This document shows positions 48,899 through 59,531 of a stretch of DNA of 64,000 nt, piece by piece. A program made the position numbers and the translations under genes. This DNA comes from Marispirochaeta sp. Its GTDB lineage: Bacteria > Spirochaetota > Spirochaetia > JC444 > Marispirochaetaceae. The notes under the pieces are model-generated. The model did no database searches. It had not been told where the DNA came from and was given only the letters and a program-made list of their open reading frames with translations. Location: positions 736,001 through 800,000 of the forward strand of contig CAXXFF010000003.1 in the NCBI GenBank assembly GCA_963676835.2, in the 5' to 3' direction. How positions within the stretch are numbered: position 1 is the first letter of the stretch; each line of letters starts with the position of its first letter.

Positions 48899-49651
48899 TC
48901 ACAAACACCGCGCACCGGCTACAAGGGAAATCATATCATCCTGACTGATTACGGGAAAATCCTTCTGAGTCAGCCATTCAGGCTTAACATAGCCCCATTC
49001 TGCGAGATATCCCTTTACCCGGGGATCATCCAGACGGTAGAGATGGTCTATCTGATCCTCAAAAAGCATTGCGTTCTGCTGTCCTGTGGTTTTCAAAACA
49101 TCTTTAATAAAATCAATCTTTGGACTTTTACCGGAACAGAGGAGCCTCTCCAGGGGCCAGTCTACGCCGTTTGCCAGAAGAATTTCCCTTAAGAAAGGAG
49201 CTTCCTTGGTGGAGAGAACATAACAACCGGGATTCAGGGCCCAGCTTTTAGCCGGTTCTATAAAAGCCGGGAAAACATGGTTAAGGGAGTTCCAGTGATC
49301 CTTATCCGCTTTAAGCAGTGCTTTCCGGGCATCATAAAACATAGTGTGAAATTCATCGGCCAGGTCACCAAGGGAGGCTTCCACCGCATCAAAATCATCC
49401 TGCTTATGCAGGGAAATCTTCTCATGAACGCAGTGCTGCAGAATCACATAATCTCCGCCCCTGCGGATAAGAGGACGGTAGGTATCAAAAAGCTGCCGAC
49501 CGGCGAGCTGCATAAAAGATGGATTGCTTTTTTTATACAGCTGATGATACGCAATCCAGGAGCTTACAAAACACTCAGTCAGGGAATCACAGAACACCCC
49601 GTCAAAATCAATAAAAGCCAGCATCGATGCCTTACCTTGCAAATTATCCAT
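48899..49651 (-). CDS. HAD-superfamily hydrolase
   Basis: IDFDGVFCDS, LSTK, FEDQ..HL, LAEWGY; start placed 6 nt after TATAAT. Confidence 0.8.
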   Translation of the reverse strand: MDNLQGKASMLAFIDFDGVFCDSLTECFVSSWIAYHQLYKKSNPSFMQLAGRQLFDTYRPLIRRGGDYVILQHCVHEKISLHKQDDFDAVEASLGDLADEFHTMFYDARKALLKADKDHWNSLNHVFPAFIEPAKSWALNPGCYVLSTKEAPFLREILLANGVDWPLERLLCSGKSPKIDFIKDVLKTTGQQNAMLFEDQIDHLYRLDDPRVKGYLAEWGYVKPEWLTQKDFPVISQDDMISLVAGARCL

Positions 49652-49723
49652 GGTCATATTATACAGAGTAGATGCCCTCTGCGAACAGAGAGTGAACTTC
49701 TTTTCAGCGGGCCGGATAGAAAT

Positions 49724-50767
49724 ATGCAAGAAAAGATAGAGAAAGAATTGATCCTCGCTGGCGATATAGGCGGTACAAATGCCAATTTTGCCATCGTCCA
49801 GCGCAGTAATGAGGGTTTTACCATCCTGAGGGAAACCGTGGTTCCCAGTGATACCATTGATGATTTCACCCGGACAAGCAGTAAAGCAGCTGCTTCTCTT
49901 ACCGGAAAATCGGAAACCATCGCGCGCTGCTGCATCTGTGCAGCCGGAGCAGTAAAAGATAACAGCTGCACTATGACCAACCAGAGCTGGAAGGTCGACG
50001 GCACAGCTATCGGTTCTGCTCTTGAAGTCCCCACCATTGTAATAAATGACTTCCTGGCTTTAAGTTATTCCCTGCCCCTGCTAAATGTACATAACCCGGA
50101 GCAGATAATGCCCCTGCCCCATACCGACGGTTCACTGCCTGAACCACGGGGAGGCAGTTATGCCGTTATCGGTGCCGGGACCGGACTGGGAGTCGCTCAT
50201 TTGATTCATACCGGAAGCGGGTACGTGGCAGTCCCATCAGAAGGAGGACATGTCGATTTTCCCGCCTATGATGCAGAAACACGGGAGCTTGCTGAATTTC
50301 TTACCCGGAAATACGCCGGCTGGCCCGGCACCGAGTGCGTACTCTCCGGACAGGGGATCAGCAATATATATGACTGGATCAGAACCACGGTGAGCGGCAC
50401 CGGAGATGAAATTCTGCAGAAGATAGACCAGCTGCCGCCGAAAAAGCGGCCTGCGTTAATCTCCAAAAATGCTGATACCAATCTTCATTGCGGCAGGGTT
50501 ATGCAGCTTTTTACCCGGATATACGGCCAGTTTGCAGGAAACACTTCCCTTAATTTTCTGCCCGAAGCCGGACTCTTTCTTGCAGGTGGAATTGCCCAGA
50601 AGAATATAGGACACCTGCTGAAGGAAAACAGCTTTATGAAATATTTCGAGAACAACTACAACCCGAAAATGAAAGAGATTCAGCATCGGATACCTGTGTA
50701 TCTTATAAAGGATTACAGCGTATCCCTGCTTGGCGCCGCCCACGCCGCGGCGATACTTACCCCATAA
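49724..50767 (+). CDS. glk: Glucokinase
   Basis: LAGDIGGTN, INDF.A, GAGTGLG, SEGGH, LAGGIA; true start MQEKIE. Confidence 0.92.
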   Translation: MQEKIEKELILAGDIGGTNANFAIVQRSNEGFTILRETVVPSDTIDDFTRTSSKAAASLTGKSETIARCCICAAGAVKDNSCTMTNQSWKVDGTAIGSALEVPTIVINDFLALSYSLPLLNVHNPEQIMPLPHTDGSLPEPRGGSYAVIGAGTGLGVAHLIHTGSGYVAVPSEGGHVDFPAYDAETRELAEFLTRKYAGWPGTECVLSGQGISNIYDWIRTTVSGTGDEILQKIDQLPPKKRPALISKNADTNLHCGRVMQLFTRIYGQFAGNTSLNFLPEAGLFLAGGIAQKNIGHLLKENSFMKYFENNYNPKMKEIQHRIPVYLIKDYSVSLLGAAHAAAILTP

Positions 50768-50791
50768 CTACTACTGAATAACGAGGCTTGC

Positions 50792-51613
50792 ATGTTTATA
50801 CCGGACTGGCGCTGGACACAAAAAGAAGATATTCCCAACGAGGGCTGGACTCTGCTTATTCGGGAAAAGGAAATACTTTTCAAGGCATCTGCAGATACTC
50901 AGGAAGCCCTGGAAGCAGGCAGCCCTCTTATTCCTCTGGACAGGCTTCCCCTCCCGGCGGACAGTTTTCGCCTGGGGATATACCGCGAACGCCCTTTGTT
51001 TATCAGAACAATAGAGGAAATCCCTGAAGGGATGGTACAGGTTCCCATGCGGCCCGCTCTCGGTCTGTTCGAGCCGGAAATGCTGAAAGCGGTCATGCTG
51101 GGCAATCACCTGCTTAACTGGGAGAACACTTCGCAGTTCTGCGGCCGCTGCGGAGGAAAAAACAGCTTCCATCATCATGAAAAGGCAAGACATTGTCCGG
51201 ACTGCGGAATGCTTACCTTCCCGAGGCTCTCCCCGGCGGTAATAACCGCAGTAACCAAAGGCCGCAAACTACTGCTGGCCCACAACCGCAACTTCCCCGC
51301 CCCGGTCTACAGCCTTATTGCAGGATTTGTCGATGCCGGAGAAACCCTGGAAGAGACAGTCCGCAGGGAAATCAGGGAAGAGGTCGGTATTGAGGTGAAA
51401 AACATCCGCTATTTTGCCAGTCAGCCCTGGCCTTTTCCAGACTCTCTCATGCTGGGATTTACCGCTGAGTGGGAGTCCGGCGAAATAGAGCCCGATGGAA
51501 TAGAGATTGAAGATGCCGGATGGTTTACCCCCGAAGAACATCCCCAGCTGCCGGGACTTGGCAGTATTGCCCGCAGAATTATCGGCCAGCTGTTTTCTGA
51601 ATGGGACGTTTAA
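50792..51613 (+). CDS. nudC: NAD(H) pyrophosphatase
   Basis: FCGRCG..CPDC zinc ribbon, Nudix box, SQPWPFPDSLM. Confidence 0.94.
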   Translation: MFIPDWRWTQKEDIPNEGWTLLIREKEILFKASADTQEALEAGSPLIPLDRLPLPADSFRLGIYRERPLFIRTIEEIPEGMVQVPMRPALGLFEPEMLKAVMLGNHLLNWENTSQFCGRCGGKNSFHHHEKARHCPDCGMLTFPRLSPAVITAVTKGRKLLLAHNRNFPAPVYSLIAGFVDAGETLEETVRREIREEVGIEVKNIRYFASQPWPFPDSLMLGFTAEWESGEIEPDGIEIEDAGWFTPEEHPQLPGLGSIARRIIGQLFSEWDV

Positions 51614-51638
51614 TAAGTCTGAATAGAAACAACTGAGA

Positions 51639-53237
51639 ATGGATATAAAAGGAGAAAGAATGGATACAGCAGAACTGAATAAGCTGATGTCGGATTTCGG
51701 CATAGATGCAGAACTAACCCTGGAAATTCTGGAAAGATTCAACGCCGGGGATTTTGATAATCAGCCAGAGGTGGAAGTAAAGGAAATTCCCGGTATCGAC
51801 GGCTCCAGTGTTATAGATATGAACCATGCCGCCTGGGTAATGGATGCTTCCGAGGCGAATAAAAAATTAAAAGAGCTCTCAATCAGCCTGCCCTTAACGG
51901 TGTTTGCAGAAATAGAGGGCAACACAGCAACCTTTTCTTACCGGGGTCTTACGGCTCTGGGTTACCTTCTCTACCCGAAGACCGCCTACGGAGTTCTTAA
52001 TGGCGGATCCGCCACAAGCTATGTGGATGCCAAAAAAAACCGCGGGTTTTCCGAAAAGCTGATGGAACTCTGTAAAGAGAGTTTTGACACCATTGCCAAT
52101 ATGGCAAAGGGCCGTGCCAAGGGAATTACACCGGCCTGCATAAATCCCGACGGAACTGCCGGCCCGGATTATATGGAATTGAAGTTCCGGGGCATGCTTA
52201 TCAGAGAACTGATCTACCGGGAGTTCACCGGTACCAATACTTCTGCCGGCCCTGCTGTTTTTCAGATGACCAGCGTCAATAATAACGACGAGGTTCTTGA
52301 AGCCTATAAAGAATACCGTAACAGTCCCTTTCTTAAAGATCTGATCGACGAGATCGGCACCGATATGACTGACTGCAAAACCGGTATCCAGCCCATGATC
52401 GGCGCCTTTACCCACAGTAAAGAAGGACGCCCCCGGCAGGTATTTCCGGGTAAAGACGGCAAGACACCTCTGCCGCTCCCCGGAGGACATGGTCAGAATT
52501 TCGCCGTTCTCAAGGATATCTACACCAGCCTGCACAAAGAAGGTAAATCCTTTGCCTATCTCGGCAATGTTGACAATCTGGCAAACCTGCCCAACCCGGC
52601 AGGCGTCGCTCTCATGGCCCTGAGCGGCAAAGAGGCGGCCTTTGAGTTCTCCTTTAAAACACCGGTGGATATAAAAGGCGGTATTCTGATACGGGATACC
52701 CGTGGCAGCCTCAACTGCGGCGATATCGGGCCTGCAATCAGCAAGGAGGATGTAGCCGCCGCAGAGAACAGCGGCAAGCCGATCCTGTTCAACTGTGCCA
52801 CCGGGCTGTTTAACCTTGACTATCTATCAGAACAGCTGCCCCATATTATCCGCAACCTGCCTACCCGCTTTTCCGACCAGGACAAGGATGCCGGACTCTA
52901 CTCACAGGCAGAACAGGTAACCTGGGAAGTAATCGGTATGCTGAATGACTTCTTTATTTTCGGTGTAGACAAGTATGAACGCTTTATTGCAGCAAAACTG
53001 CTGCTGGAAAGCTTCCTGGCTAACGGAATTGCCCTGGATCATCCTGATTTTCCCAGGGATCCGGATCCAGCCAGAGACATCTACACCATCGGGAAAAAAC
53101 TTCAGGCAGGCCTTGAAAAACTCTTCCGGGAAGAGTACGGCCTTAAACTGGAAGGAACAAAATGGCAGCCTAAATCCGTGAAAGAACTGAAAGATGACGC
53201 CCGTGACCTGGGCAGAAAACTTGGAGTATTAAAGTAA
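51639..53237 (+). CDS. UTP-glucose-1-phosphate uridylyltransferase (UDPGP family)
   Basis: [24 protein letters not shown]. Confidence 0.8.
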   Translation: MDIKGERMDTAELNKLMSDFGIDAELTLEILERFNAGDFDNQPEVEVKEIPGIDGSSVIDMNHAAWVMDASEANKKLKELSISLPLTVFAEIEGNTATFSYRGLTALGYLLYPKTAYGVLNGGSATSYVDAKKNRGFSEKLMELCKESFDTIANMAKGRAKGITPACINPDGTAGPDYMELKFRGMLIRELIYREFTGTNTSAGPAVFQMTSVNNNDEVLEAYKEYRNSPFLKDLIDEIGTDMTDCKTGIQPMIGAFTHSKEGRPRQVFPGKDGKTPLPLPGGHGQNFAVLKDIYTSLHKEGKSFAYLGNVDNLANLPNPAGVALMALSGKEAAFEFSFKTPVDIKGGILIRDTRGSLNCGDIGPAISKEDVAAAENSGKPILFNCATGLFNLDYLSEQLPHIIRNLPTRFSDQDKDAGLYSQAEQVTWEVIGMLNDFFIFGVDKYERFIAAKLLLESFLANGIALDHPDFPRDPDPARDIYTIGKKLQAGLEKLFREEYGLKLEGTKWQPKSVKELKDDARDLGRKLGVLK

Positions 53238-53599
53238 TGGGTGATATTGAAAAAGGACTGAACCTTACACCGGACTTTTCCAAAGGCGGAGGAATGATTA
53301 CCGCCATAGCCCAGGACAGCAGCAGTCTGGAAGTACTTATGTGTGCCTTTATGAACCGGGAAGCCCTGGATAAAACCCTGGAAAGCGGATATGCCCACTA
53401 TTTCAGCCGCAGCCGTAATACGCTCTGGAAAAAGGGCGAAACATCAGGCCATCTTCAGAAGATTGTCGAGATCAGGGTAGACTGCGACCAGGATTGTCTT
53501 CTGCTGCTGGTGGAACAAACCGGCGCAGCATGTCATACAGGCAAAAAGAGCTGTTTCTACCGTAAAACCGCAGGCTCGACAAACCTGGAAATGCTCTGA
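53237..53599 (+). CDS. hisI: Phosphoribosyl-AMP cyclohydrolase
   Basis: [26 protein letters not shown]. Confidence 0.95.
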   Translation: MGDIEKGLNLTPDFSKGGGMITAIAQDSSSLEVLMCAFMNREALDKTLESGYAHYFSRSRNTLWKKGETSGHLQKIVEIRVDCDQDCLLLLVEQTGAACHTGKKSCFYRKTAGSTNLEML

Positions 53600-53699
53600 T
53601 TAAAGAGACGATAATCGGTCCTGTTTTACAGGCTATGCCCTTGAAAAACCGTTTTTTTCCATTTATAGTTTGGTCATACCAACATATTGGAGGTTACAA

Positions 53700-53870
53700 A
53701 TGGCTTACAAGGTAACTGACGAATGCACCAACTGCGGCGCTTGCGAACCCGAGTGTCCCGTTGAGGCAATAAGTGAAAAGGGCGATGCTCGTTTCATCGA
53801 TCCCGATCAGTGCACTGACTGTGGTGCATGTGCAGATGTTTGTCCCGTTGAGGCAATCGTAGCAGGTTAA
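53700..53870 (+). CDS. 2[4Fe-4S] ferredoxin
   Basis: Two CxxCxxCxxxCP motifs; GGAGG RBS. Confidence 0.95.
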   Translation: MAYKVTDECTNCGACEPECPVEAISEKGDARFIDPDQCTDCGACADVCPVEAIVAG

Positions 53871-53892
53871 TCCTGTATCTGCGAAATCAGAG

Positions 53893-53918
53893 ACCCGGCT
53901 GTTTGGCCGGGTTTTTTA
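53893..53918 (+). terminator. Intrinsic terminator
   Basis: ACCCGGC-TGTTTG-GCCGGGT plus T run. Confidence 0.85.
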
Positions 53919-53920
53919 TA

Positions 53921-54196
53921 CCCCGCGTACCGGAACGAAGTGAGGAACGCGGGGCGGACGAGCGCGGCTTGCGAAGCAAACGCGCGGTCCGGAACACCCA
54001 CCTGAAACAACTCCACCTAACACGACAAAACAACTGAATCTATCCGAAGAATTCCGCAGCGAAGCGAGGAACACGGGGCGGATGAGCGCGGCTCACACAC
54101 TTACGTACCGCAGCAAAGCGAGGAACGTGAGCCTCGCAGGCCAACGGCCGAGAAACGCGCGGTCCGGGAGCACCCCACCTGAAACCAGCCCCCACC
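53921..54196. repeat. Composite REP-like repeat cluster
   Basis: CCG.A.C.AAG.GAGGAAC x3, CGGGGCGGA.GAGCGCGGCT x2, AAACGCGCGGTCCGG..CACCC..CCTGAAAC x2. Confidence 0.7.
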
Positions 54197-54904
54197 CTAT
54201 CCTTCCACTGCCCGCCTGAAAACCTCCCGCGCATGCAGCTCCATGGTGTCCAGTACAGGCACTGACAGATCACCTTCCCGGATAATAAGGGGAAGCTCGG
54301 TACACCCGAGAATAACCCCTTCACAGCCCTTCCCCGCAAGATTCTCGGCCATAATCTTTATTTTAGCAGTTGATGAATCCCTGAATTCTCCCTGGCAAAG
54401 CTCCTTGAAAATTATATCATCAAGCTTTTGCCTTTCTGCTTCAGAGGGAACAACAGTTTCAATACCGAATTTGTCTTCCAGTCGGCTGCTGTAGAAACCC
54501 AGCTCCATGGTAAACTTTGTCCCGAGAAGCGCAGCCCTGGTAATACCCTTTCGCCTGCACTCTTTTCCAACGGCATCTGCAATATGAACCAGCGGAATCC
54601 CGGCTGCAGCTTCAATCTCCCCGGCAATATAGTGAATAGTATTGGTTGCGATGATCAGAACCTGTGCACCTGCTTCAGCCAGAGCCTTTGCCTCAGGAAG
54701 AAGAATCCCTTTGACTCCATCCCAATCATTCTTATGCATCTGTGCCGCCAGGGGAGCAAAATCAACCGAAGAGATCAGACAGGGAGCAGAATTAAGTCCG
54801 CCGAATTCTTCAGCAGTTAAGGTATTCAGAATCTGGTAGTACTGCTGAGTTGATTCCCAGCTCATACCGCCGAGAATGCCGATTTTTTTCATGCTGGCCT
54901 TCAT
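54197..54904 (-). CDS. Aspartate/glutamate racemase family (RacX/YgeA-like)
   Basis: IGILGGMSWEST, ATNT.H, LLGTKFTME, ILGCTELP. Confidence 0.93.
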   Translation of the reverse strand: MKASMKKIGILGGMSWESTQQYYQILNTLTAEEFGGLNSAPCLISSVDFAPLAAQMHKNDWDGVKGILLPEAKALAEAGAQVLIIATNTIHYIAGEIEAAAGIPLVHIADAVGKECRRKGITRAALLGTKFTMELGFYSSRLEDKFGIETVVPSEAERQKLDDIIFKELCQGEFRDSSTAKIKIMAENLAGKGCEGVILGCTELPLIIREGDLSVPVLDTMELHAREVFRRAVEG

Positions 54905-55015
54905 TTTCTCCTCCTGTAAATATGCCGACTACTGGATAGTAGAATATTCAAATACTTTATAGTCTCACGCCCTTATAAATTAACAGTACCCTTCCCTGAG
55001 GTAAAGGATTGACTT

Positions 55016-55045
55016 TATTTGTATATTTAGCTAAATATACAAATA
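55016..55045. promoter_or_regulatory. ArsR/SmtB operator, perfect 30-bp palindrome
   Basis: TATTTGTATATTTAG|CTAAATATACAAATA immediately after -35 TTGACT. Confidence 0.85.
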
Positions 55046-55380
55046 TGACTACCATAAAAACCGGCTGCGCTTGCGGACAGGCAGTATCTGCCGCGGCACT
55101 GGATGCCGAGACAACCCGGAATGCCGCTGAAGTCTTCAAAGCAATGGGGCATCCCACACGACTAACCATACTTGAAGCCCTGAAAGACGGGGAACGCTGT
55201 GTATGCGAACTATCCCCAATTCTTAACGGTGAGCTTTCAACTATCAGCCGCCACCTTTCAAGCCTGAAAAATGCCGGACTGATAGAAGACCGCCGTGAAG
55301 GGCAGAAGATTTTCTACCGGCTTAAGATGGACTGCGTCTCATCCTTTATTGCCTGCATTGCAGACAAAGTCAGTACCTGA
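55045..55380 (+). CDS. ArsR/SmtB-family repressor
   Basis: FKAMGHPTRL.IL, ERCVCEL, SRHL..LK.AGL. Confidence 0.92.
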   Translation: MTTIKTGCACGQAVSAAALDAETTRNAAEVFKAMGHPTRLTILEALKDGERCVCELSPILNGELSTISRHLSSLKNAGLIEDRREGQKIFYRLKMDCVSSFIACIADKVST

Positions 55381-55399
55381 TACCCCCGGGGAGATACCA

Positions 55400-56410
55400 G
55401 TGTTTATTATCTTTACAAAATTAGCTGATTTTCTCATCTACAGACTCGCAGGCTTTACCCCGGGAACCCATATTGCTGAATCACTCCACTTCTTCGTAGA
55501 GGACGTGAGCAAAATATTTGCCATGGTAACCGTCATGATCTACCTGATTGCCCTTATCCGGGCAGGTCTTGATACAGAAAAAATACGGGATTTTCTTTCG
55601 GGAAAAAACCGGTTTTTCGGTTATACCGCGGCTTCCGGACTCGGTGCTGTTACCCCTTTCTGCAGCTGTTCCAGTATCCCCCTTTTTCTGGGATTTACCC
55701 AGGCACGAATTCCTCTGGGAATTACCATGGCCTTTCTTATTACCTCGCCCATTATAAACGAGGTTGCACTGGTCCTCCTGGGGGGACTGCTGGGATTCAA
55801 GTTTATGCTCATCTATTTAGCCATTGGTATAGGAGCAGGAATTATCGGCGGATTTTTTCTTGATCTGATAAAAGCGGAGCGCTACCTGACCCAGTTGGCA
55901 TCGGGAGTCGCCCAGGCAGGCGCGGTAAAAACATGTACCAGCGGTAAATGCTCTACTACACCGACTATACAAAAGCAGAAACTCACGTTCGCCGAGAGAA
56001 AAAGTTTTGCTGCGGCGGAACTTAAGGAAATACTCGGCCGCATCTGGAAATGGATATTTATAGGAATAGGCGCAGGTGCTGTTCTGCATGGATTTGTACC
56101 GGAAAGTTTTATTACTTCCCACCTGGGAGGAGGAAGTATGTGGACTGTTCCGGCGGCAGTCTTTCTGGGAATTCCTCTCTACTCCAACGCTTCAGGAATG
56201 ATCCCCATAGCGGAAAGCCTGTTGAACAAAGGCCTTCCTGTTGGAACTACCATCGCCTTCATGATGAGCACTGTTGCGGCAAGTTTTCCGGAGTTTATGC
56301 TTTTAAAACAGGTTATGAAAACAAGACTCCTGATTATTTTCTTTATTATTCTATTAGTCTTCTTTACCCTGGCAGGCTGGATTCTCAACGGTACCGTCAG
56401 CCTGGGATAA
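55400..56410 (+). CDS. DUF318/ArsP-family permease
   Basis: TPFCSCSSIP, FLITSP..N, G.PLY; GTG start. Confidence 0.88.
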   Translation: MFIIFTKLADFLIYRLAGFTPGTHIAESLHFFVEDVSKIFAMVTVMIYLIALIRAGLDTEKIRDFLSGKNRFFGYTAASGLGAVTPFCSCSSIPLFLGFTQARIPLGITMAFLITSPIINEVALVLLGGLLGFKFMLIYLAIGIGAGIIGGFFLDLIKAERYLTQLASGVAQAGAVKTCTSGKCSTTPTIQKQKLTFAERKSFAAAELKEILGRIWKWIFIGIGAGAVLHGFVPESFITSHLGGGSMWTVPAAVFLGIPLYSNASGMIPIAESLLNKGLPVGTTIAFMMSTVAASFPEFMLLKQVMKTRLLIIFFIILLVFFTLAGWILNGTVSLG

Positions 56411-56454
56411 CTACATACTTTTATATTTTCTAACTTTTTTTAGAGGAGAACATT

Positions 56455-56688
56455 ATGACAATACAGATACTCGGCGGCGGATGCCCCAACTGCGAAAAAC
56501 TGGCTGCAAATGCGAAAGCTGCAGCAGACGAACTCAAGCTTGATTATTCCATCGAAAAAATTACCGACTATGCAAAAATAGCAGCCATGGGAGTTATGAA
56601 AACCCCTGCTCTGGGTGTGGATGGAACCATCCTGCACTCGGGAAGTGTGATCAACGCGGAAAAATGCGCGGAGCTACTGCAGAAATAA
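56455..56688 (+). CDS. Small redox-active disulfide (thioredoxin-like) protein
   Basis: ILGGGCPNC, GVMKTPAL.VDG. Confidence 0.9.
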   Translation: MTIQILGGGCPNCEKLAANAKAAADELKLDYSIEKITDYAKIAAMGVMKTPALGVDGTILHSGSVINAEKCAELLQK

Positions 56689-56732
56689 TCAAAAACAGTG
56701 GAGGCCCCCCATAGGGGCTCTCCACTGAGCTC

Positions 56733-56813
56733 GTAAAGACGTTCGATCCGAACGTCTCGACTAAAGCAATCCTCACACCTGAAGTAAAGACGTTCGATCC
56801 GAACGTCTCGACT
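56733..56813. repeat. Two identical 30-bp REP-like palindromes
   Basis: GTAAAGACGTTCGATCCGAACGTCTCGACT at 56733 and 56784, 21-nt spacer. Confidence 0.85.
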
Positions 56814-56827
56814 TCTGATATCAATCC

Positions 56828-58069
56828 CTAAAAAACTCTCTTGATATGCCGTTCCAGCAGATTCTCGCGAACCTGATCGGCTACAATATCTTCATACCGC
56901 TCAAGAGCATCTGTCCAGCGGCTGCCCATCTTTGATGCAACCTTATACCCGACATGCAGCAGCTGGCGTACATGCAGATTATACAGAGGCTGATCCTGCT
57001 GATGCCGGAGAACCTTGGCAAAGAATGGGCCGTCCCAGGTGTCTACATCATCTGCGGAAGGCAGCTTGCTTTTATCGATATCGATAACCGCAGCGTAGGG
57101 GGCACACAGTTCATCAAACATCTTTATTCCTGTCCGGTATACCTCTTTTGCAATAACCAGTCCTTCTCCCCCGGCTTCGGCGAGACCGATAATCTCTTCC
57201 AGCCAGGTGGTACCGGCGGTTTTCAGGTGCAGTCCGGCATTGTGCTTTCTGCAGGCCTCTTTCATTCCCGGATAAATTGAGAACTTGTCACTACCGGAAT
57301 GGATTGAAAGTTTCAGGTTTTCAGGAAGACCGAATTCCTTTACAGCAAAGGCAATTACACAGACGTCTTCATCAAATTCCTTGTTGAACTGATCTACATT
57401 ACCAACATAATCAACACCCTTGTTAAATCGGCCGGTAAATTTCGGAGCAATTGTCTGGGCGGGAATGCCTTCATCTGCAATAGCTGCAAGAATAAACAGC
57501 AGTTCGTCCGGAGTCTGGGGCAGGTCTGTTTCATCCATGGAAACTTCTGCAACAAAGTTTCCTTCACCTTTTTTATCAAGAATTTTGCGGTAGATCTTTC
57601 CAGCTTCCTGTACAGCCAAAAGATACTTTTCCCCGATACTTCTGAGCTTTGCTTCGGTTACCTCAATCTTTTCATCAATTCCGGGAATATCTATTGTCCC
57701 AATATAAGACAAATACTTTTTCACAAAAGCATTGATGGAATCTGCATCAGCAGCCTTTCCTGTAAAGTCAGCAACATCCAGGGTGAAAAAGTCTGACGCA
57801 TCCATAAAGATATCAACATTACCGAGGCCGATATGGTCTGCATCCACATAATAGGAGCCTTTCCATCCCAGCGCAGCTACGGCAGCATCAGCTTCCTTTC
57901 TGGTGGACATGGGATCGGTTCCGACAATTGAGTGCTCCCGGAAACTTTTATTCCAGACAGGCACAATATCCAGGCCAAGATTCTTTGCTTCAATCAGAGC
58001 TTCCAGCTGCGCTTTTCCCTGATGGAAAAAACGGTCTCCAACACCGAATGAAAACTTTTCCAGGGTCAT
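56828..58069 (-). CDS. uxaE: Tagaturonate/fructuronate epimerase
   Basis: SFGVGDRF, DADHI, EVSMDET, SIHSGSDKFSIY, HLKTAGTTWLEE. Confidence 0.88.
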   Translation of the reverse strand: MTLEKFSFGVGDRFFHQGKAQLEALIEAKNLGLDIVPVWNKSFREHSIVGTDPMSTRKEADAAVAALGWKGSYYVDADHIGLGNVDIFMDASDFFTLDVADFTGKAADADSINAFVKKYLSYIGTIDIPGIDEKIEVTEAKLRSIGEKYLLAVQEAGKIYRKILDKKGEGNFVAEVSMDETDLPQTPDELLFILAAIADEGIPAQTIAPKFTGRFNKGVDYVGNVDQFNKEFDEDVCVIAFAVKEFGLPENLKLSIHSGSDKFSIYPGMKEACRKHNAGLHLKTAGTTWLEEIIGLAEAGGEGLVIAKEVYRTGIKMFDELCAPYAAVIDIDKSKLPSADDVDTWDGPFFAKVLRHQQDQPLYNLHVRQLLHVGYKVASKMGSRWTDALERYEDIVADQVRENLLERHIKRVF

Positions 58070-58101
58070 ATAAAATCCTCCTTACATTACATAACCTTAA
58101 A

Positions 58102-59520
58102 TTATTCTATGTTAATGCCAAAATATTCTTTCGCATTATTGAACGAAATATCAGCAACCATTTTGCCCAGGAGGTCCATGTCCCGGGGAGCTTTACCCTC
58201 TTCAACCCAGGTTCCCACAATATTGCAGAGAATACGGCGAAAGTAATCGTGTCTGGGGTAGGAGAGAAAACTGCGGGAGTCCGTAAGCATCCCGACAAAA
58301 CGGCTGAGCACTCCCATGTTGGCAAGATCCTTCATCTGCTTCGACATACCGTCTTCATGGTCGGCATACCACCACGCCGATCCAAACTGAACCTTTCCCG
58401 GGACAGAGCCGTCCTGAAAACAGCCCCCGATGGTAATCAGCAGATCATTATCCCGCTGATTCAAGGTATAAAGAATGGTTTTGGGGAGTTCCCCGGTAAC
58501 ATCAAGGGCATCGAGAAAGCGACTTAATGGAGCTCCAACTTCTCCGTCGGCAACAGCATCAAAACCGACATCCGGGCCAAGCTTTGCGAACATACGGCTG
58601 TTGTTATTTCGGAGGGAACTCAGGTGCAGCTGCATTACCCAGCCGCGCTTTGCATTCATACGGCCGAAATGAAGCATCAGGGCTGTACGGAACTTATCAG
58701 CCTCATCCGGGCTGACTGCTGTTCCATCTTTAGCCTTTCTGAAAACAGCCTCAAGCTCACTGTCTGAAGCCGGTGAATAAACCGGAACCAGCAGTGCATG
58801 ATCAGACACACGGCCTCCCATGGAATGGAAGAATTCATGCCGTTTCTCCAGAGCTTCAAGAAGATCATTGAAACTCGAGATTGTCATATTAGCTGAAGCG
58901 CCGAGTCTTTCAAGATACTCAATCCAGGCGGCTCCGGTATCTACCGCCATGGCTCTATCCGGACGAAAAGCCGGAAGCATTTTACTCTTGAAGGTTTGAT
59001 CAGCCGCCACCTGCTGATGGTATTCCAGAGAGTCCGCCGGATCGTCGGTGGTACAAACTGCTTTCACCTTGAAATGGTCCATAATTCCCCGGGCTCGGAA
59101 TTTCTCCTGCCCAAGCATTTCATTCACCTGCTTGTAAATGCCTTCAGCCGTACCGGGATTCAGAACCTTTCCAGCAATACCGAAGGGATCTTTCAGTTCC
59201 ATGTGAGTCCAATGATACAGGGGGTTGCCGATAATCCTGGGGACTGTATCGGCCCAGGCTGCAAATTTATCCCAGTCGGAAACATCTCCGGTGCAGTACT
59301 TTTCTTCGTATCCGTTGGCCCGCATTACCCGCCACTTGTAATGGTCGCCATAAAGCCATATTTCCGTAAGATTCTTAAACTGTTTGTTATTTGCCACCTG
59401 CTCTGGAGGCAGGTGACAATGAAAATCGAAGATGGGCATGCCCTCGGCGTACTCATGATATAAAATCCGTGCTGCCTCATTCTGCAGCATAAAATCATTA
59501 TCCAGAAACTGTCGTGACAT
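58102..59520 (-). CDS. uxaC: Glucuronate/galacturonate isomerase
   Basis: PIFDFHCHL, GDHYKWR.MR, GNPLYHWTH, CTTDDP, GMLTDSRSFLSY.RH.YFRR. Confidence 0.96.
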   Translation of the reverse strand: MSRQFLDNDFMLQNEAARILYHEYAEGMPIFDFHCHLPPEQVANNKQFKNLTEIWLYGDHYKWRVMRANGYEEKYCTGDVSDWDKFAAWADTVPRIIGNPLYHWTHMELKDPFGIAGKVLNPGTAEGIYKQVNEMLGQEKFRARGIMDHFKVKAVCTTDDPADSLEYHQQVAADQTFKSKMLPAFRPDRAMAVDTGAAWIEYLERLGASANMTISSFNDLLEALEKRHEFFHSMGGRVSDHALLVPVYSPASDSELEAVFRKAKDGTAVSPDEADKFRTALMLHFGRMNAKRGWVMQLHLSSLRNNNSRMFAKLGPDVGFDAVADGEVGAPLSRFLDALDVTGELPKTILYTLNQRDNDLLITIGGCFQDGSVPGKVQFGSAWWYADHEDGMSKQMKDLANMGVLSRFVGMLTDSRSFLSYPRHDYFRRILCNIVGTWVEEGKAPRDMDLLGKMVADISFNNAKEYFGINIE

Positions 59521-59531
59521 GCCCGTCCTCC

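Noticed and set aside
49277..49723. N-terminal extension of glucokinase
   Set aside because: Overlaps the opposite-strand HAD gene; the kinase motif starts just after the ATG at 49724
55400..56688. Selenocysteine recoding in the permease or thioredoxin
   Set aside because: No in-frame TGA at Cys positions
56733..56813. Mini CRISPR array
   Set aside because: Only two repeats, a 21-nt spacer and no cas genes; the GTAA-plus-hairpin form fits a REP
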